Assembly: GCA_964427405.1 (NCBI GenBank)
Contig: CAYRUB010000004.1
Coordinates: forward strand, 4,236 to 68,235
Direction: 5' to 3'
From: an uncultured Planctomycetales bacterium
GTDB taxonomy: Bacteria; Omnitrophota; Gorgyraeia; Gygaellales; Profunditerraquicolaceae
DNA length: 64,000 nucleotides
Below are positions 1 through 10,968 of this stretch, in pieces (positions within the stretch are counted from its first letter, which is position 1; every line of letters starts with the position of its first letter). The notes beneath the pieces were generated by a model. That model was not told the DNA's origin, searched no databases, and saw only the letters and a list, made by a program, of their open reading frames with translations. The position numbers were made by a program, and so were the translations under genes.

Positions 1-470
1 GGATAACCGTGCTTTTCTTTTTCCCTTCCATTGACGGTTGTAGATGTCTTCTGCCCCAATAGCGTAGTCGGGGCCATCTGGCCTCCGGTCATCCCATAAA
101 CCGCGTTGTTGATAAAAACTACGGTCAGATTTTCTCCGCGGTTAGCCGCATGGATAGTCTCATTCGTGCCTATGGCAGCCAGGTCTCCATCCCCCTGATA
201 AGTAAAAACAATATTTTGCGGCCGCACCCTTTTTATGGCAGTAGCGACAGCCAGGGCCCGTCCATGCGCTGCCTCCGAACAATCAAATTTCCAATAATCA
301 TAAGCAACAACAGCACAACCCACCGGGGCTATGCCGATAGTTTTTTCTCTTATGCCTAACTCATCAACTACCTCCGCAACCAAGCGGTGGGCAATACCAT
401 GGCCGCAACCCGGGCAATAATGCGTGGATACATCATAGAGCGCTTCTGGATGAGCAAATATTTTTTCCAT
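1..470 (-). CDS. 2-oxoacid:ferredoxin oxidoreductase beta (TPP-binding) subunit, runs off the window edge
   Basis: Not in the ORF track. Read manually: ATG at 470 overlaps the upstream stop (TAATG) and gives [25 protein letters not shown]...HGRA...[11 protein letters not shown]...[15 protein letters not shown]. Confidence 0.9.
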   Translation of the reverse strand, partial: MEKIFAHPEALYDVSTHYCPGCGHGIAHRLVAEVVDELGIREKTIGIAPVGCAVVAYDYWKFDCSEAAHGRALAVATAIKRVRPQNIVFTYQGDGDLAAIGTNETIHAANRGENLTVVFINNAVYGMTGGQMAPTTLLGQKTSTTVNGREKEKHGY

Positions 471-1519
471 TATATTAGTTTATTCACCCTATTGATAATC
501 TCTTCTTCGCTGGGTATCCCGCCGCCTGAGCGGCCGAGAAAATCCACCTGCGCAGAACCATTAACTGCCAGTCTTACATCTTCAACCATCTGGCCATAAG
601 ACATCTCCACTACCAAATATTTAACCTTCTTATTTCTTAACTGGAACGCTTTTTCCGGAAATGGCCATAGGCTGATAGGCCGGATTAACCCAACCTTTTT
701 ACCTGCAAGCCTCAATTGGCTAACCGCGCTTTTTGTAATACGCGCCATTGTTCCGTAAGCAACCAGAATAACTTTAGCGTCATTCAACAATAAGCCTTCG
801 TAACGCGTCTCTTTTTTCCTGATAACTTCATAATTCTTCTGAAGTTTAAGATTAAATTTTTCAAGATCACCTTCGCGCAGGAAAAACGACTTAACAATAT
901 TCGGCTCCCTGTCTTTACAACCGGTAAGCGCCCAGGGCCTTAGGGGGCTGGCGGTTATTTTTTTGGTAGACAACTTTACCGGCTCCATCATCTGGCCTAA
1001 AATTCCATCCCCTAAGATCATAACGGCAATGCGGTATTTATCCGCTAAATAAAAACCTGTTTGCGTCAAATCATACGCCTCTTGCACGCCTGCGGGAGCC
1101 AAGACTATCAAACGATAATCTCCGTGACCTCCGCCGCGCGTAGCCTGAAAATAATCCGATTGCGCAGGGGCAATATTGCCCAGGCCGGGCCCGCCGCGCA
1201 TAATATTCACGATTACCGCCGGCAGCCGAGAGCCGGAAATATAAGATATCCCCTCTTGTTTTAAACTTACGCCCGGGCTTGAAGAAGAAGTCATTGCCCG
1301 AGCCCCGGCAGCTGATGCCCCATAAACCATATTAATCGCCGCCAGCTCTGATTCAGCCTGGATAAAAACCCCCCCGGAGGCCGGCATATATTTAGCCATA
1401 TAAGCAATAAGCTCATTTTGCGGGGTAATCGGATAGCCGGCATAGAAATTACACCCTGCCCGGAGCGCACCCTCGGCAATTGCCTCATTACCAGAAATCA
1501 ATATTCTTTTTTTTAACAT
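470..1519 (-). CDS. vorB: 2-oxoacid:acceptor oxidoreductase alpha subunit (VorB-like)
   Basis: [30 protein letters not shown] and MRGGPGLG motifs. Confidence 0.85.
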   Translation of the reverse strand: MLKKRILISGNEAIAEGALRAGCNFYAGYPITPQNELIAYMAKYMPASGGVFIQAESELAAINMVYGASAAGARAMTSSSSPGVSLKQEGISYISGSRLPAVIVNIMRGGPGLGNIAPAQSDYFQATRGGGHGDYRLIVLAPAGVQEAYDLTQTGFYLADKYRIAVMILGDGILGQMMEPVKLSTKKITASPLRPWALTGCKDREPNIVKSFFLREGDLEKFNLKLQKNYEVIRKKETRYEGLLLNDAKVILVAYGTMARITKSAVSQLRLAGKKVGLIRPISLWPFPEKAFQLRNKKVKYLVVEMSYGQMVEDVRLAVNGSAQVDFLGRSGGGIPSEEEIINRVNKLI

Positions 1520-1521
1520 AC

Positions 1522-1725
1522 CTATTTATACACCTCAATACAACAATCCGGGCAGATCAGAGCGCACTGCATACAACCAATGCATTCACCCGCTAGATCA
1601 AACTCAACGAAGTTTAAACCCCGCTTATTTAATTTTGCGCTTTTTTTAATCAGGCCCTTCGGACAAAAACTCATACATAAAAAACAACCCTTGCATTTAT
1701 CCTGATTGATTATAATTTTAGCCAT
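1522..1725 (-). CDS. 2[4Fe-4S] ferredoxin-like delta subunit
   Basis: Two CxxCxxCxxxCP motifs; lies within the oxidoreductase cluster. Confidence 0.9.
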   Translation of the reverse strand: MAKIIINQDKCKGCFLCMSFCPKGLIKKSAKLNKRGLNFVEFDLAGECIGCMQCALICPDCCIEVYK

Positions 1726-3583
1726 TATTTTTTAGCGCCTGGCGGATATTTTCGGCAATCCCCAGGGCGGTTAATCCATGCTTTTCTAAAAGCAAATCTC
1801 TTGATCCGTGCGGGATGAATTCAGATGGCAAACCAAGACGTAATACCTGCCTATCTAATTCCTGAGCAACAGCGCTGCCAAAACCTGCATCCCTGACCCC
1901 TTCTTCTAAAGTAAAGATTAATTTTGTCTTAACGCAAACACTTTTCATTAACGCAATATCTAAAGGCGCAACAAACCGGGCATTAATTAAACTGCCGGTT
2001 ACCCCCTCGTTTTTTAATAACTCAATGGCTTCTTGGGCAATCAAGACCATACTACCTAAAGCAATAATTGTGAAATCCTTGCCCTCTTTAATTAATTCTG
2101 CTTTGCCTAATTTCAATGGCTGCGGTAAATCGCTGCTTAAAGAGGTATTAGCGCGGGGATATCTTATGGCTACCGGCTTATCCAATCGCACGGCAAACTC
2201 CAACATTGCCTCAAGCTCCCGACCGTCTTTTGGCGCCATAATCACTAAATTCGGAACGCTCTTTAAATAAGCAATATCAAATATGCCCTGATGCGTAACT
2301 CCATCTTCTCCTACAATCCCCGCCCGGTCAATAGCAAATATTACGGGCAACTCCTGCAATGAAACCTCTTGGATAATCTGATCATATGCGCGCTGCAGAA
2401 ATGTAGAATACACAGCTACCACTGGTTTAAATCCTTGCCTGGCAAGCCCAGCCGCAAAACAAACCGCATGAGCCTCGGCGATCCCTACATCAAAAAATCT
2501 TTCCGGAAAACTATCGCGGAATTTATTAAGGCCGGTCCCTTCCGGCATAGCCGCAGTTATCGCCAGAATCCGGCTATCTTTATACGCCAGCTCCACTATT
2601 TTATCACGGAATATCTCTGTATAGCTTTTTAAATCGGGTGAAGATTTCTTAGGCATAGCCTCCCCGGTATTTATATCAAAACAACTGACACCATGGAATC
2701 TTACAGGGTCTTCTTCGGCAAAAGAACAACCCTTGCCTTTTTTAGTAACCACGTGTAAAAGCCGGGGCCCCTTAATGTTGATAATATTCTTTAAAGTATG
2801 TATTAATGCCCCCAGGTCATGCCCGTCAATAGGACCAAAGTAACGGAATCCCAATTCTTCAAAAAGCATCCCGGGAACAAATAACCCTTTTAACCCTTCT
2901 TCAAATTTAGCCATAAGCTTTATCAGGCGGCTTCCGCGGGGGACACGAGCGGTCAAGAAATTCACCAAGTTATCATGAAAACGGTTGTAAACCGGCAAAG
3001 AAATAATCTTATTCAGGTAATTGCTAATTGCCCCCACATTAGGCGCGATACTCAGTTCATTGGTATTTAAGATTACTAAGATATCTTTTTTCAGGTGGCC
3101 GGTGTTATTCAAACCTTCAAAACAAAGTCCGCCACTTAGCGATCCGTCACCGATTACGCAGACAACTTTAAACTGCTCTTCTTTGGGCAAAAGATCCCTG
3201 GCACAGGCAAGGCCTAACCCCAAAGAAACAGCATTTGAGCTATGGCCCGTAGTAAAAGGGTCATAAATTGATTCATCCTTAGAAGGAAAACCACTTAGCC
3301 CCTGATACTGCCTAAGCGTAGGAAACCTGCAATTACGGCCGGTTAATATTTTATGCGCATACGCCTGATGCCCCACGTCAAAAATGATCTTATCTTTCGG
3401 AGTATTCAAGCAGTAATGCAGGGCAATAATCAAATCTACAGCCCCAAGGCTTGAGGCAAGATGGCCGCCGGTCCGGGAAACAACTTCAACTAATCTTGCG
3501 CGGACCTCCACAGCCAGAGAATCAAGTTCATCCGGGCTTAATCCTTTTAACTCTTGCGATGAGTTAATTCTTTCTAATATCAT
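1718..3583 (-). CDS. dxs: 1-deoxy-D-xylulose-5-phosphate synthase
   Basis: GGHLASSLG, DVGHQAYAHKILTGR, DVGIAE, YSTFLQRAYDQ, DRAGIVGEDGVTHQG. Confidence 0.97.
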   Translation of the reverse strand: MILERINSSQELKGLSPDELDSLAVEVRARLVEVVSRTGGHLASSLGAVDLIIALHYCLNTPKDKIIFDVGHQAYAHKILTGRNCRFPTLRQYQGLSGFPSKDESIYDPFTTGHSSNAVSLGLGLACARDLLPKEEQFKVVCVIGDGSLSGGLCFEGLNNTGHLKKDILVILNTNELSIAPNVGAISNYLNKIISLPVYNRFHDNLVNFLTARVPRGSRLIKLMAKFEEGLKGLFVPGMLFEELGFRYFGPIDGHDLGALIHTLKNIINIKGPRLLHVVTKKGKGCSFAEEDPVRFHGVSCFDINTGEAMPKKSSPDLKSYTEIFRDKIVELAYKDSRILAITAAMPEGTGLNKFRDSFPERFFDVGIAEAHAVCFAAGLARQGFKPVVAVYSTFLQRAYDQIIQEVSLQELPVIFAIDRAGIVGEDGVTHQGIFDIAYLKSVPNLVIMAPKDGRELEAMLEFAVRLDKPVAIRYPRANTSLSSDLPQPLKLGKAELIKEGKDFTIIALGSMVLIAQEAIELLKNEGVTGSLINARFVAPLDIALMKSVCVKTKLIFTLEEGVRDAGFGSAVAQELDRQVLRLGLPSEFIPHGSRDLLLEKHGLTALGIAENIRQALKNNG

Positions 3584-3585
3584 AT

Positions 3586-3828
3586 TTATTTATCTTCGGC
3601 TGCATCCATATCATCAAACTTCTCTAAAGAAAACTTCCCTTCCTTCTTCATCAACAACTCCACTTTACGCTGCGCATCGGCCAAAGTCAAAGAACAGGAT
3701 TGCGCAAGTTTTACCCCTTCCTCATATTTTTTAAGCGACTCGCCGAGGGTAAGCTTACCGCCTGAAAGATCCTCAACAATCTTCTGCAGCTTTTTTAAAT
3801 CCTCCTCAAACATCGGTTTTTCTTTCAT
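3586..3828 (-). CDS. xseB: Exodeoxyribonuclease VII small subunit
   Basis: FEEDLKKLQKIV...LGESLKKYEEG; directly follows xseA. Confidence 0.93.
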   Translation of the reverse strand: MKEKPMFEEDLKKLQKIVEDLSGGKLTLGESLKKYEEGVKLAQSCSLTLADAQRKVELLMKKEGKFSLEKFDDMDAAEDK

Positions 3829-5080
3829 CTCTAAATACCTCCTGCACTAAACTCGTAAATGCACCTTTGTGTAAAACTGTTTTCAGTTGATCACCCTGTT
3901 TTATTTGGCCGACATCTTTAAGTATCGCGCCTTGAGGAACAAGCATGCTTAAGCTGTAACCACGCGACAAAATTGATAAAGGGCTTAATGTCCCCAGTCT
4001 CTGGATTAATGAACTGCTGCGTTCTTTTGCCAACTCCAGATAATGCCGTATATTATAATTTAATTCAGAAAATAATTCATCCACCTGTTGCTGTTTTTCT
4101 AACAAGCGGTCAGCCGGGCTTTTAAGCATATGCGTAAGAGCAACAAGCCTGTTTTCTAAATCACCCATTGTATCGTTAACGGAGAAATCCAGCCTGTGCC
4201 TGAAGTCAGCCAGTTCTGCAATGAGAGCATTTTTTCTGTCTACGATAATCTTTGCTGCTGCTGAAGGGGTTTCTACAAAAATATCCGCTGCCAAATCTGA
4301 AAGAGTAATGTTAATCTGATGCCCCACCGCCGAAACAACCGGAAGCCTGGAATTATAGATCGCCCGGGCAACGATCTCTTCGTTAAACGACCAGAGGTCT
4401 TCACTGCTGCCCCCTCCGCGGCTGACAATAATTAAATCGGTTTTAGCAAAAGAATTTAATTCCTCTACCCCCTCGGCGATTTCTCCGGCTGCATGCTCTC
4501 CCTGCACGCGTACAGAACGAATAACTACATCCACGCATGGCGCGCCTTTTTTCAAAATCTGCAGGATATCGCGTATTGCCGCGCCTTTATCCGAAGTAAC
4601 AATGCCGACAGAAAAAGGCATTAAGGGAAGTGGCTTCTTATGCGCTGGATCGAACAGGCCTTCCTGCTCCAGCTTTTTCTTCAACTGCTCAAATGCCAAC
4701 TGCTGGCTGCCTACGCCCTTAGGCTCTATTCTTTCAACAATAATTTTGTATTGGCCGCTCGGTCCGTAAACATCAATTTTCCCGAAACAAATGACTTTTA
4801 GGCCGTCCTCAAGTTTAAACTTTAAGCCTTTATTGGCATAAGCGAACATCGCCGCCCAGATCAAAGCATTCTGATCTTTCAATGAAAAATAAAAATGCCC
4901 GCTTGACGCAGCCTTGAAATTAGAAATCTCTCCTTCGAGCCAAACCTCTCCGATTTTTTCTTCAAGCAAACCCTTTATCGCTTGAGTTATTTCGGAAACG
5001 CTGTAAATATGTTTCTCTGGCCTGTGGCTTTGCCTATCAGAAGGCAAACCATGGTTCTCTAACCTATTTGTCTTTTGCAT
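3806..5080 (-). CDS. xseA: Exodeoxyribonuclease VII large subunit (start uncertain)
   Basis: GEISNF..SGHFYFSLKD, RGGGSSEDLWSFNEE, SAVGH, TPSAAA, SPLSILSRGYS. Confidence 0.95.
   Translation of the reverse strand: MQKTNRLENHGLPSDRQSHRPEKHIYSVSEITQAIKGLLEEKIGEVWLEGEISNFKAASSGHFYFSLKDQNALIWAAMFAYANKGLKFKLEDGLKVICFGKIDVYGPSGQYKIIVERIEPKGVGSQQLAFEQLKKKLEQEGLFDPAHKKPLPLMPFSVGIVTSDKGAAIRDILQILKKGAPCVDVVIRSVRVQGEHAAGEIAEGVEELNSFAKTDLIIVSRGGGSSEDLWSFNEEIVARAIYNSRLPVVSAVGHQINITLSDLAADIFVETPSAAAKIIVDRKNALIAELADFRHRLDFSVNDTMGDLENRLVALTHMLKSPADRLLEKQQQVDELFSELNYNIRHYLELAKERSSSLIQRLGTLSPLSILSRGYSLSMLVPQGAILKDVGQIKQGDQLKTVLHKGAFTSLVQEVFRDERKTDV
5009..5060. repeat. Small palindromic element with 10-bp flanking direct repeats at the xseA 5' end
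   Basis: Hairpin TGGCTTTGCCT-ATCAGA-AGGCAAACCA lies between ATGTTTCTCT (5009) and ATGGTTCTCT (5051). Confidence 0.5.
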
Positions 5081-6857
5081 CTTTTGCGGGTTCTCTAGCT
5101 GGCTCTTTAACAGATTCTTTTTCGGATTCCTTAGTAGTATCTGTTTTTATTTCAACGGGCGGCGGCAAAGGTTTCTTCTTAAAGACCAAAAGCTGGATCG
5201 AATAAGGGCTCATCTCCAATGTCTCAGTATATTCCTGGGTAAAATTCATTTCTTTTTCATCTTTAGCCTCAAAGTGGCAATCTCCGCTGCAGCTATTACT
5301 AATCAAATACCGGCTAAGTAAATATATATCTTTTGCGCCTTTAAGAGAAAGCCTTATTTTACGGTTAGTTGTTGAAAATCTTTTGGCTAAGCTATCTAAC
5401 TCTATAGCCCGGGTAAACATATCTTTGGCATTTGGCGAAAGCCGCAAAATAGACAGGTCAGTCTGGCCGGAAATAATTTTATCAATGCGGTCGCTTTTTA
5501 TAATACTCAAGACAGCCTTTCTTTCCGCGCTGCTTAAATAAACGATGTTGTCTGATAAATAATTCATCGCTAACATCGGGTCAATATAATTATAAATAAG
5601 CACGGCAAAATAATCCGGGGATTTCGTAGGAATCACACCGACAAACTCATCCTTTAATTTAAGCGGCAATAATTCGTTTCCCAGAAGGTTTAGCATACGC
5701 ATGGCATTATAACTTGCCTTAGCATACCCTTTGGATCCCGAACGCTCGGCGTCAAAATAAAAAACCCCGAGATTCCTGGTTACCTTCTCTTTATTGCCTG
5801 CGAAGTCTTCAAGGCAAAAATACGTTTGATAGTCTACTCCTGCTTCCTGCATGTTTTTTATTCGCGCCGGGATATAACTGGCTGTAATATAGGCATCCTT
5901 GCCTCTTTTGGGAGACATATTGGAGAAGGCGTCAAAATTCCACTCGTCGATGATTAAAGGCAGGGTATCTTGAAAATTAAAATAACTTAGCCATTCACGG
6001 ATAAGCCTGGTAAAAGGCTTGTTGTAAATGGTTTCCTGTTTTTCAAGCGCCGGGTCAGAAGAATACGCATGCCATGATATAAAATCCAGAGGCAGTTTAT
6101 AATTAGAACAGTATTTTATCAATTCATAAATCAAGCTGCGTTCGGGAAAAAGAATGCTATTAGTTCCGATGTTCGCAAACCAAGAGCTTGTTGAAGGACC
6201 GCCTAAAGGAATATGCATCTTAGACTCTTGACGTAACTCTTTTACTGCCTCAGCAACAACGCGGTAGAGGGCGAAATACTCAGACTTTTCGCCTAAGAAA
6301 AAATCTTCCAAGTCAGGGGCATTCCAGACTTCATACCAGATATTATATTTTTTATTGCAGCTTAATTTGCGTATGGTATCTTTAACCAGCTCTTTATACG
6401 CCATTAAATTATGCACAGAGCTATTTTTATCAAGCACCCTGCCTAAACCGAAAGGAGTGCCGAATAAATCAAGAATTACTGTCCCTCCGCTATCGCTGAT
6501 CTTCTTAATAATCTCTTCATAGTTCTCCAAAAGCTTGGTTTGAGCAGGCTCATCCTTGGCCAGTTGGGCAATCTCCCAGAGATTATATTGGATGCGGTAG
6601 AAACAACCAAAGCCTAAATCCTTTTGCCAGATATCCAGGACATCTTTGGCAGCCAGTATTTGCGGCCAGCTTATATCACGATGTGCTCCCCTGCCGCTTA
6701 AATCAATATTTGGTTTATATATCTTCGGAAGAGGTATTGCGGAAGAGCTTAGGTCTAAATTTAATTCTAACTCGTCTGATGTTTGAGCAAAACAAACCGT
6801 AATACAGAAAAATGGCAAGAAAATTAAGAATAATAAAGCTACCTGCTTTTTATTCAC
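5064..6857 (-). CDS. Secreted GH39-like (clan GH-A) glycoside hydrolase homolog with altered acid/base residue
   Basis: Signal peptide; WYEVWNAPD, LGGP, PLDFISWHAY, IIDEWN and KASYNA motifs; charged C-terminal tail. Confidence 0.7.
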   Translation of the reverse strand: MNKKQVALLFLIFLPFFCITVCFAQTSDELELNLDLSSSAIPLPKIYKPNIDLSGRGAHRDISWPQILAAKDVLDIWQKDLGFGCFYRIQYNLWEIAQLAKDEPAQTKLLENYEEIIKKISDSGGTVILDLFGTPFGLGRVLDKNSSVHNLMAYKELVKDTIRKLSCNKKYNIWYEVWNAPDLEDFFLGEKSEYFALYRVVAEAVKELRQESKMHIPLGGPSTSSWFANIGTNSILFPERSLIYELIKYCSNYKLPLDFISWHAYSSDPALEKQETIYNKPFTRLIREWLSYFNFQDTLPLIIDEWNFDAFSNMSPKRGKDAYITASYIPARIKNMQEAGVDYQTYFCLEDFAGNKEKVTRNLGVFYFDAERSGSKGYAKASYNAMRMLNLLGNELLPLKLKDEFVGVIPTKSPDYFAVLIYNYIDPMLAMNYLSDNIVYLSSAERKAVLSIIKSDRIDKIISGQTDLSILRLSPNAKDMFTRAIELDSLAKRFSTTNRKIRLSLKGAKDIYLLSRYLISNSCSGDCHFEAKDEKEMNFTQEYTETLEMSPYSIQLLVFKKKPLPPPVEIKTDTTKESEKESVKEPAREPAKDAKDK

Positions 6858-6881
6858 CTAAATTTCCCTTCTTATGCTAGT

Positions 6882-7661
6882 CTAAAGTTTCTTCTGTACT
6901 CTTAAAATCGAACGCGCCTTGCCGGTTACTTCATCTATATCCACAAGCGCGCCATGCAATTGGATATTATCTTGCGCAACTTCAAATTTAACCGGAATAG
7001 AGCTTAAGAAACGAGTAAGCACATCTTCTACTCTTCTACCAATTACTGAATCATAGGGGCCGGTCATGCCTACATCAGTTATATAGGCAGAGCCTTTGGG
7101 TAGGATTTTTTCGTCAGCAGTCTGAATATGCGTATGCGTGCCCAAAACAGCAGAAACTTTGCCATCCAGATACCAGCCTAACGCTATCTTTTCAGAAGTC
7201 GCTTCTGCATGAATATCTACTATAATAATTTTAGTTTCTTTCGCCAGTTCTTCGACAGCTTTTAATGCCGTTCTGAAAGGACAATCCAGGGCCTCCATAA
7301 AAACCCGGCCATTAACATTAATTACCCCGATCTTAAGCCCGGTCTTGGATTTAAATACTGCTGCCCCCCGGCCAGGAGCTCCACTGGGGAAATTCAAAGG
7401 CCGCAGGATCCTTTCTTCCTGGTTAATCAATTCAAAAATCTCGCTCTTTTTCCAGATATGATCTCCAGAGGTAAGCACGTCCACCCCGGCAGCAAAAAGC
7501 TCTATGGCAACCCTTTGAGTGATACCCGAGCCGCCGGAAGCATTCTCCGCGTTAGCAATCACAAAATCTAACGCATACTCCTGCTTAAGGGGAGCAACTA
7601 ATTTCTTAATTGCCTCTCTCCCCGGGCTACCGACAATATCTCCAATAAAAAGTATTTTCAT
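6882..7661 (-). CDS. ymdB: YmdB/TIGR00282 metallophosphoesterase
   Basis: GDIVG, NAENA, TSGDH, HAEATSEK, GTHTH, TDVGMTG; directly downstream of rny. Confidence 0.93.
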   Translation of the reverse strand: MKILFIGDIVGSPGREAIKKLVAPLKQEYALDFVIANAENASGGSGITQRVAIELFAAGVDVLTSGDHIWKKSEIFELINQEERILRPLNFPSGAPGRGAAVFKSKTGLKIGVINVNGRVFMEALDCPFRTALKAVEELAKETKIIIVDIHAEATSEKIALGWYLDGKVSAVLGTHTHIQTADEKILPKGSAYITDVGMTGPYDSVIGRRVEDVLTRFLSSIPVKFEVAQDNIQLHGALVDIDEVTGKARSILRVQKKL

Positions 7662-9218
7662 CTACTTAGCATACTCAATAGCGCGCATCTCGCGGATTAC
7701 CGTAACTTTGATTTGCCCCGGATACTCCATCCCCTCTTCAATCTTCTTGCGTATATCCCTGGCCATAGTAGTTGCATCATTATCATTTATTTTTTCCGGT
7801 TGTACAATTACGCGAATCTCACGGCCGGCCTGGATGGCAAAAGATTTCTCAACCCCTTTAAAAAGATTGGCAATTGACTCTAGCTTGTCCAAACGCTTGA
7901 CATATGTCTCAAGGGTCTCCCGCCTGGCTCCGGGACGGGCAGCACTAACTGCATCAGCAGCTATAGCTAAAACCGCGTACAAACTCTGTGGCACAGCTTC
8001 TTCATGATGTGATTCAATCGCCCCTACCACCTCCGCAGTTTCATTATATTTCTTCGCTAGATCAGCACCTAACTTGGCATGCGTGCCTTCAACTTGATGG
8101 TCTACTGCCTTGCCAATATCATGCAAAAGCCCAATTCTACGGCCCAGCTTAAAATCAAGCCCCAACTCCGAAGCCATTATCCCCAACAGGAAAGAAACTT
8201 CCTTGGAGTGCTGCAAAGCATTCTGGCCATAGCTAGTGCGGTACTTTAGCCGGCCCAAAAGTTTAATTATTTCAGGATGCAGGCCATTAACTCCCGCTTC
8301 AAAAGCCACCCGCTCCCCTTCCTCGCGGATCTTCTCATCCATCTCTTTTTTGGTCTTCTCTACAATCTCTTCAATGCGCCCAGGGTGGATCCTTCCGTCA
8401 GAAATAAGTTTTTCCAGGCTCAGGCGGGCGATCTCCCGGCGCACAGCATCAAATCCGGATAAGGTAACTGCCTCAGGAGTATCATCAATAATCACATCTA
8501 CCCCCGTAGCCATTTCTAAAGCGCGGATATTCCTGCCTTCCCGGCCGATAACCCGGCCTTTCATTTCATCATTAGGCAAAGTTACCACGCTTACGGTTGT
8601 CTCCACAGTATGCTCTGCTGCGCAACGCTGGATAGCCAGACTTAAAATCTCACGGGCTTTTTTATCCGCGGTGCTACGCACCTCTTCTTCCTGACGCCTG
8701 ATAAATACCGCTTTTTCATTATTTAATTCTTCATTAAGGCGGCCAAGCAAGATTTGCTTTGCCTCTTCAGCCGAAAGCGAAGAAATCTTCTGCAATCTTT
8801 CTTTTTCTTCGGCTACTAAAGCGTGCAATTGATTATCTTTTGATTTTAAAACTTCTTCCTGTTTCTTAAGATTATCGTTACGGCCATCAATCTCTTTTTC
8901 TTTTTTCTCTAAGAGATCCAGCCTGCGGTCAATATTCTCTTCTTTTTGCGTTAATCTCTTCTCAAGATTTACAATCTCTTGCTTGCGGTCTTTGGTCTCA
9001 TGCTCAAAATCCTGGCGCATGCGGTGCAAAAGATCCTTGGCTTCCAGCTCTGCTTCCCGGCGTTTATCCAGGACTTCTTTATTAGCTGCATCCAGGATAT
9101 GCTCGGCTTCGGCTTCGGCGCTTTTCAGCTTTTTCTCGGCAATATGTTTCCTTAAGAAATATCCGGAATATGTAGCAACCAAAGCAATAAATATTATTAT
9201 TACTATGTTAAGAATCAT
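7662..9218 (-). CDS. rny: Ribonuclease Y
   Basis: N-terminal TM helix, coiled coil, KH domain ([13 protein letters not shown]), HD domain (LLHDIGK). Confidence 0.97.
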   Translation of the reverse strand: MILNIVIIIFIALVATYSGYFLRKHIAEKKLKSAEAEAEHILDAANKEVLDKRREAELEAKDLLHRMRQDFEHETKDRKQEIVNLEKRLTQKEENIDRRLDLLEKKEKEIDGRNDNLKKQEEVLKSKDNQLHALVAEEKERLQKISSLSAEEAKQILLGRLNEELNNEKAVFIRRQEEEVRSTADKKAREILSLAIQRCAAEHTVETTVSVVTLPNDEMKGRVIGREGRNIRALEMATGVDVIIDDTPEAVTLSGFDAVRREIARLSLEKLISDGRIHPGRIEEIVEKTKKEMDEKIREEGERVAFEAGVNGLHPEIIKLLGRLKYRTSYGQNALQHSKEVSFLLGIMASELGLDFKLGRRIGLLHDIGKAVDHQVEGTHAKLGADLAKKYNETAEVVGAIESHHEEAVPQSLYAVLAIAADAVSAARPGARRETLETYVKRLDKLESIANLFKGVEKSFAIQAGREIRVIVQPEKINDNDATTMARDIRKKIEEGMEYPGQIKVTVIREMRAIEYAK

Positions 9219-9264
9219 TTCTATCCTCCCAGTTAAGCTTGCTTATTAAACTTCTTACAGGAGA

Positions 9265-9810
9265 TTAGGAGAAGATAACTTGCTTGACGCTTACGTCGTA
9301 TTTAGTGGTAGGAATTAGGGGTAAGATTTGGAAATCAAAAGCCAGGCCTATGGAAGGCGTATTATTAGAAAGTGTGCTTAAGAAACGGTCATAGCAGCCC
9401 TTGCCGCGGCCAAGACGATTGCCCTTTTTATCAAAAGCCAGGCCCGGAACAACAATCAGATCCAAATCGTCCGGTTTAACCAATGCCTCTGATACAGGCT
9501 CTAAAACACCGTAAGGACCTTTTTTTAATTTAGAATGATCTTCTAATATAGCTGGCTGCATAGTTTCTCTATCTTTCCTGCAAACTGGCACACATATTAG
9601 CTTGCCTATTTTTTTGGCTTCCCTAATCATCTCTTCTGTATTTACTTCCCCACCAAAGGCGACGTAAAACATCACTATCTTTGCCTTTTTAAAAACCTTA
9701 TTCCTTAAAAGTTTATCTTGAATAACCCTACTTTTTCGGTTTCGGTCTTCCTCCTTCTGAGTTTTTAATGCTAAAAGAATTTTACTACGTATTTGGGCTT
9801 TTGTCAACAT
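9265..9810 (-). CDS. 5-formyltetrahydrofolate cyclo-ligase
   Basis: DLIVVPGLAFDKKGNRLGRGKGCYDRFL. Confidence 0.93.
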   Translation of the reverse strand: MLTKAQIRSKILLALKTQKEEDRNRKSRVIQDKLLRNKVFKKAKIVMFYVAFGGEVNTEEMIREAKKIGKLICVPVCRKDRETMQPAILEDHSKLKKGPYGVLEPVSEALVKPDDLDLIVVPGLAFDKKGNRLGRGKGCYDRFLSTLSNNTPSIGLAFDFQILPLIPTTKYDVSVKQVIFS

Positions 9811-9818
9811 AGCTTGCC

Positions 9819-10256
9819 TTATAAACAGGTCTCCCCATCATGAGTATGGGCCTTCTCATCAAACGGAGCGACTTTACCTTGTTTCTTATAATAATCTTTT
9901 AAAGCTGAACGCAGGGCCTCTTCCGCCAAAACCGAACAGTGCATTTTTTTCGCCGGCAGTCCGCCTAAGGCCTCGGCAACTGCTTTATTGGTAATAGTTA
10001 ACGCTTCAGCAATAGTTTTCCCCTTAACCATCTCCGTAACCATGGAACTAGTGGCAACTGCCGCGCCACAACCAAAAGTCTTAAATTTTATATCTACAAT
10101 TATTTCATTTTCTATTTTTAAATACATCTTCATCACATCCCCGCAGACGGGATTTCCGACGGTACCGATACCGCTGGCATCAGGAATCTCTCCCACATTC
10201 CGGGGATTGGTAAAATGATCCATAACTTTTTCGCTGTAAGGAAGTTGCTCTGCCAT
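9819..10256 (-). CDS. nifU: Fe-S cluster scaffold NifU/IscU
   Basis: YSEKVMDHFTNPRNVG, GNPVCGD, FKTFGCG, KMHCSVLA. Confidence 0.93.
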   Translation of the reverse strand: MAEQLPYSEKVMDHFTNPRNVGEIPDASGIGTVGNPVCGDVMKMYLKIENEIIVDIKFKTFGCGAAVATSSMVTEMVKGKTIAEALTITNKAVAEALGGLPAKKMHCSVLAEEALRSALKDYYKKQGKVAPFDEKAHTHDGETCL

Positions 10257-10299
10257 ATTAAATGAGCGCTTAACTTACGAATACGTTAGTATGAGTAAG

Positions 10300-10962
10300 T
10301 TAATGCGCGAATTTATTCATGATCAACTTATGCGGCCTGGCTGATTTCTTGAAATCTTTAGGGCCGCGGATTTCTCTAAGAGACACAAGTTTGTTATTTT
10401 TTTCTAATTCCTTATAAATCAAAACCCAGGCGCAATCATTTTCGTTATCTACCTCGCATTTACCTTTATTCATCCCGCCGCACGGCCCATTTAAAAGCCC
10501 TTTGGGGCAAAGCGTAACCGGGCAGATCCCCGCTGTCTGGGCCAAAACACACTCTGAGCACATAGAGCACTTCTCATAAAAATTACCCTGCGCATCCATA
10601 ACTGCGCCAAAAATAGTATTATTGGCCGGAATGATTGCCTGATTAAAACGGTTGTTGTCTTTTACTGACTGCACCCCCAAACCACAGGCCAAAACTAAAA
10701 CAGCCTCACAGTCACGTAAAGCCTTTATATTTTTGGCTAACTCCGTCTTAATCTGCGGAGCAAGGCAAGGAGCCCCGGGCAAACACATTCCTAAAATCGT
10801 TTTTCCTACGGCCTCAAGAGCCGCCTTAATTTTATCCAATTCAGGCTGGCCGCCGCTCTTACAGGTCGTGGCGCATTCGCCGCACCCCACCAAAAATATT
10901 TTTTTGTAATCTTTCAGGCTATCCAATAATTCATCTAATGGCTTTTGCTGACTAATAATCAT
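10300..10962 (-). CDS. MetV-like zinc-finger protein (methylene-THF reductase C-terminal domain)
   Basis: GCGECATTC, CSMCSEC, GICPVTLCPKGLLNGPCGG, CAW. Confidence 0.85.
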   Translation of the reverse strand: MIISQQKPLDELLDSLKDYKKIFLVGCGECATTCKSGGQPELDKIKAALEAVGKTILGMCLPGAPCLAPQIKTELAKNIKALRDCEAVLVLACGLGVQSVKDNNRFNQAIIPANNTIFGAVMDAQGNFYEKCSMCSECVLAQTAGICPVTLCPKGLLNGPCGGMNKGKCEVDNENDCAWVLIYKELEKNNKLVSLREIRGPKDFKKSARPHKLIMNKFAH

Positions 10963-10968
10963 AATAAA

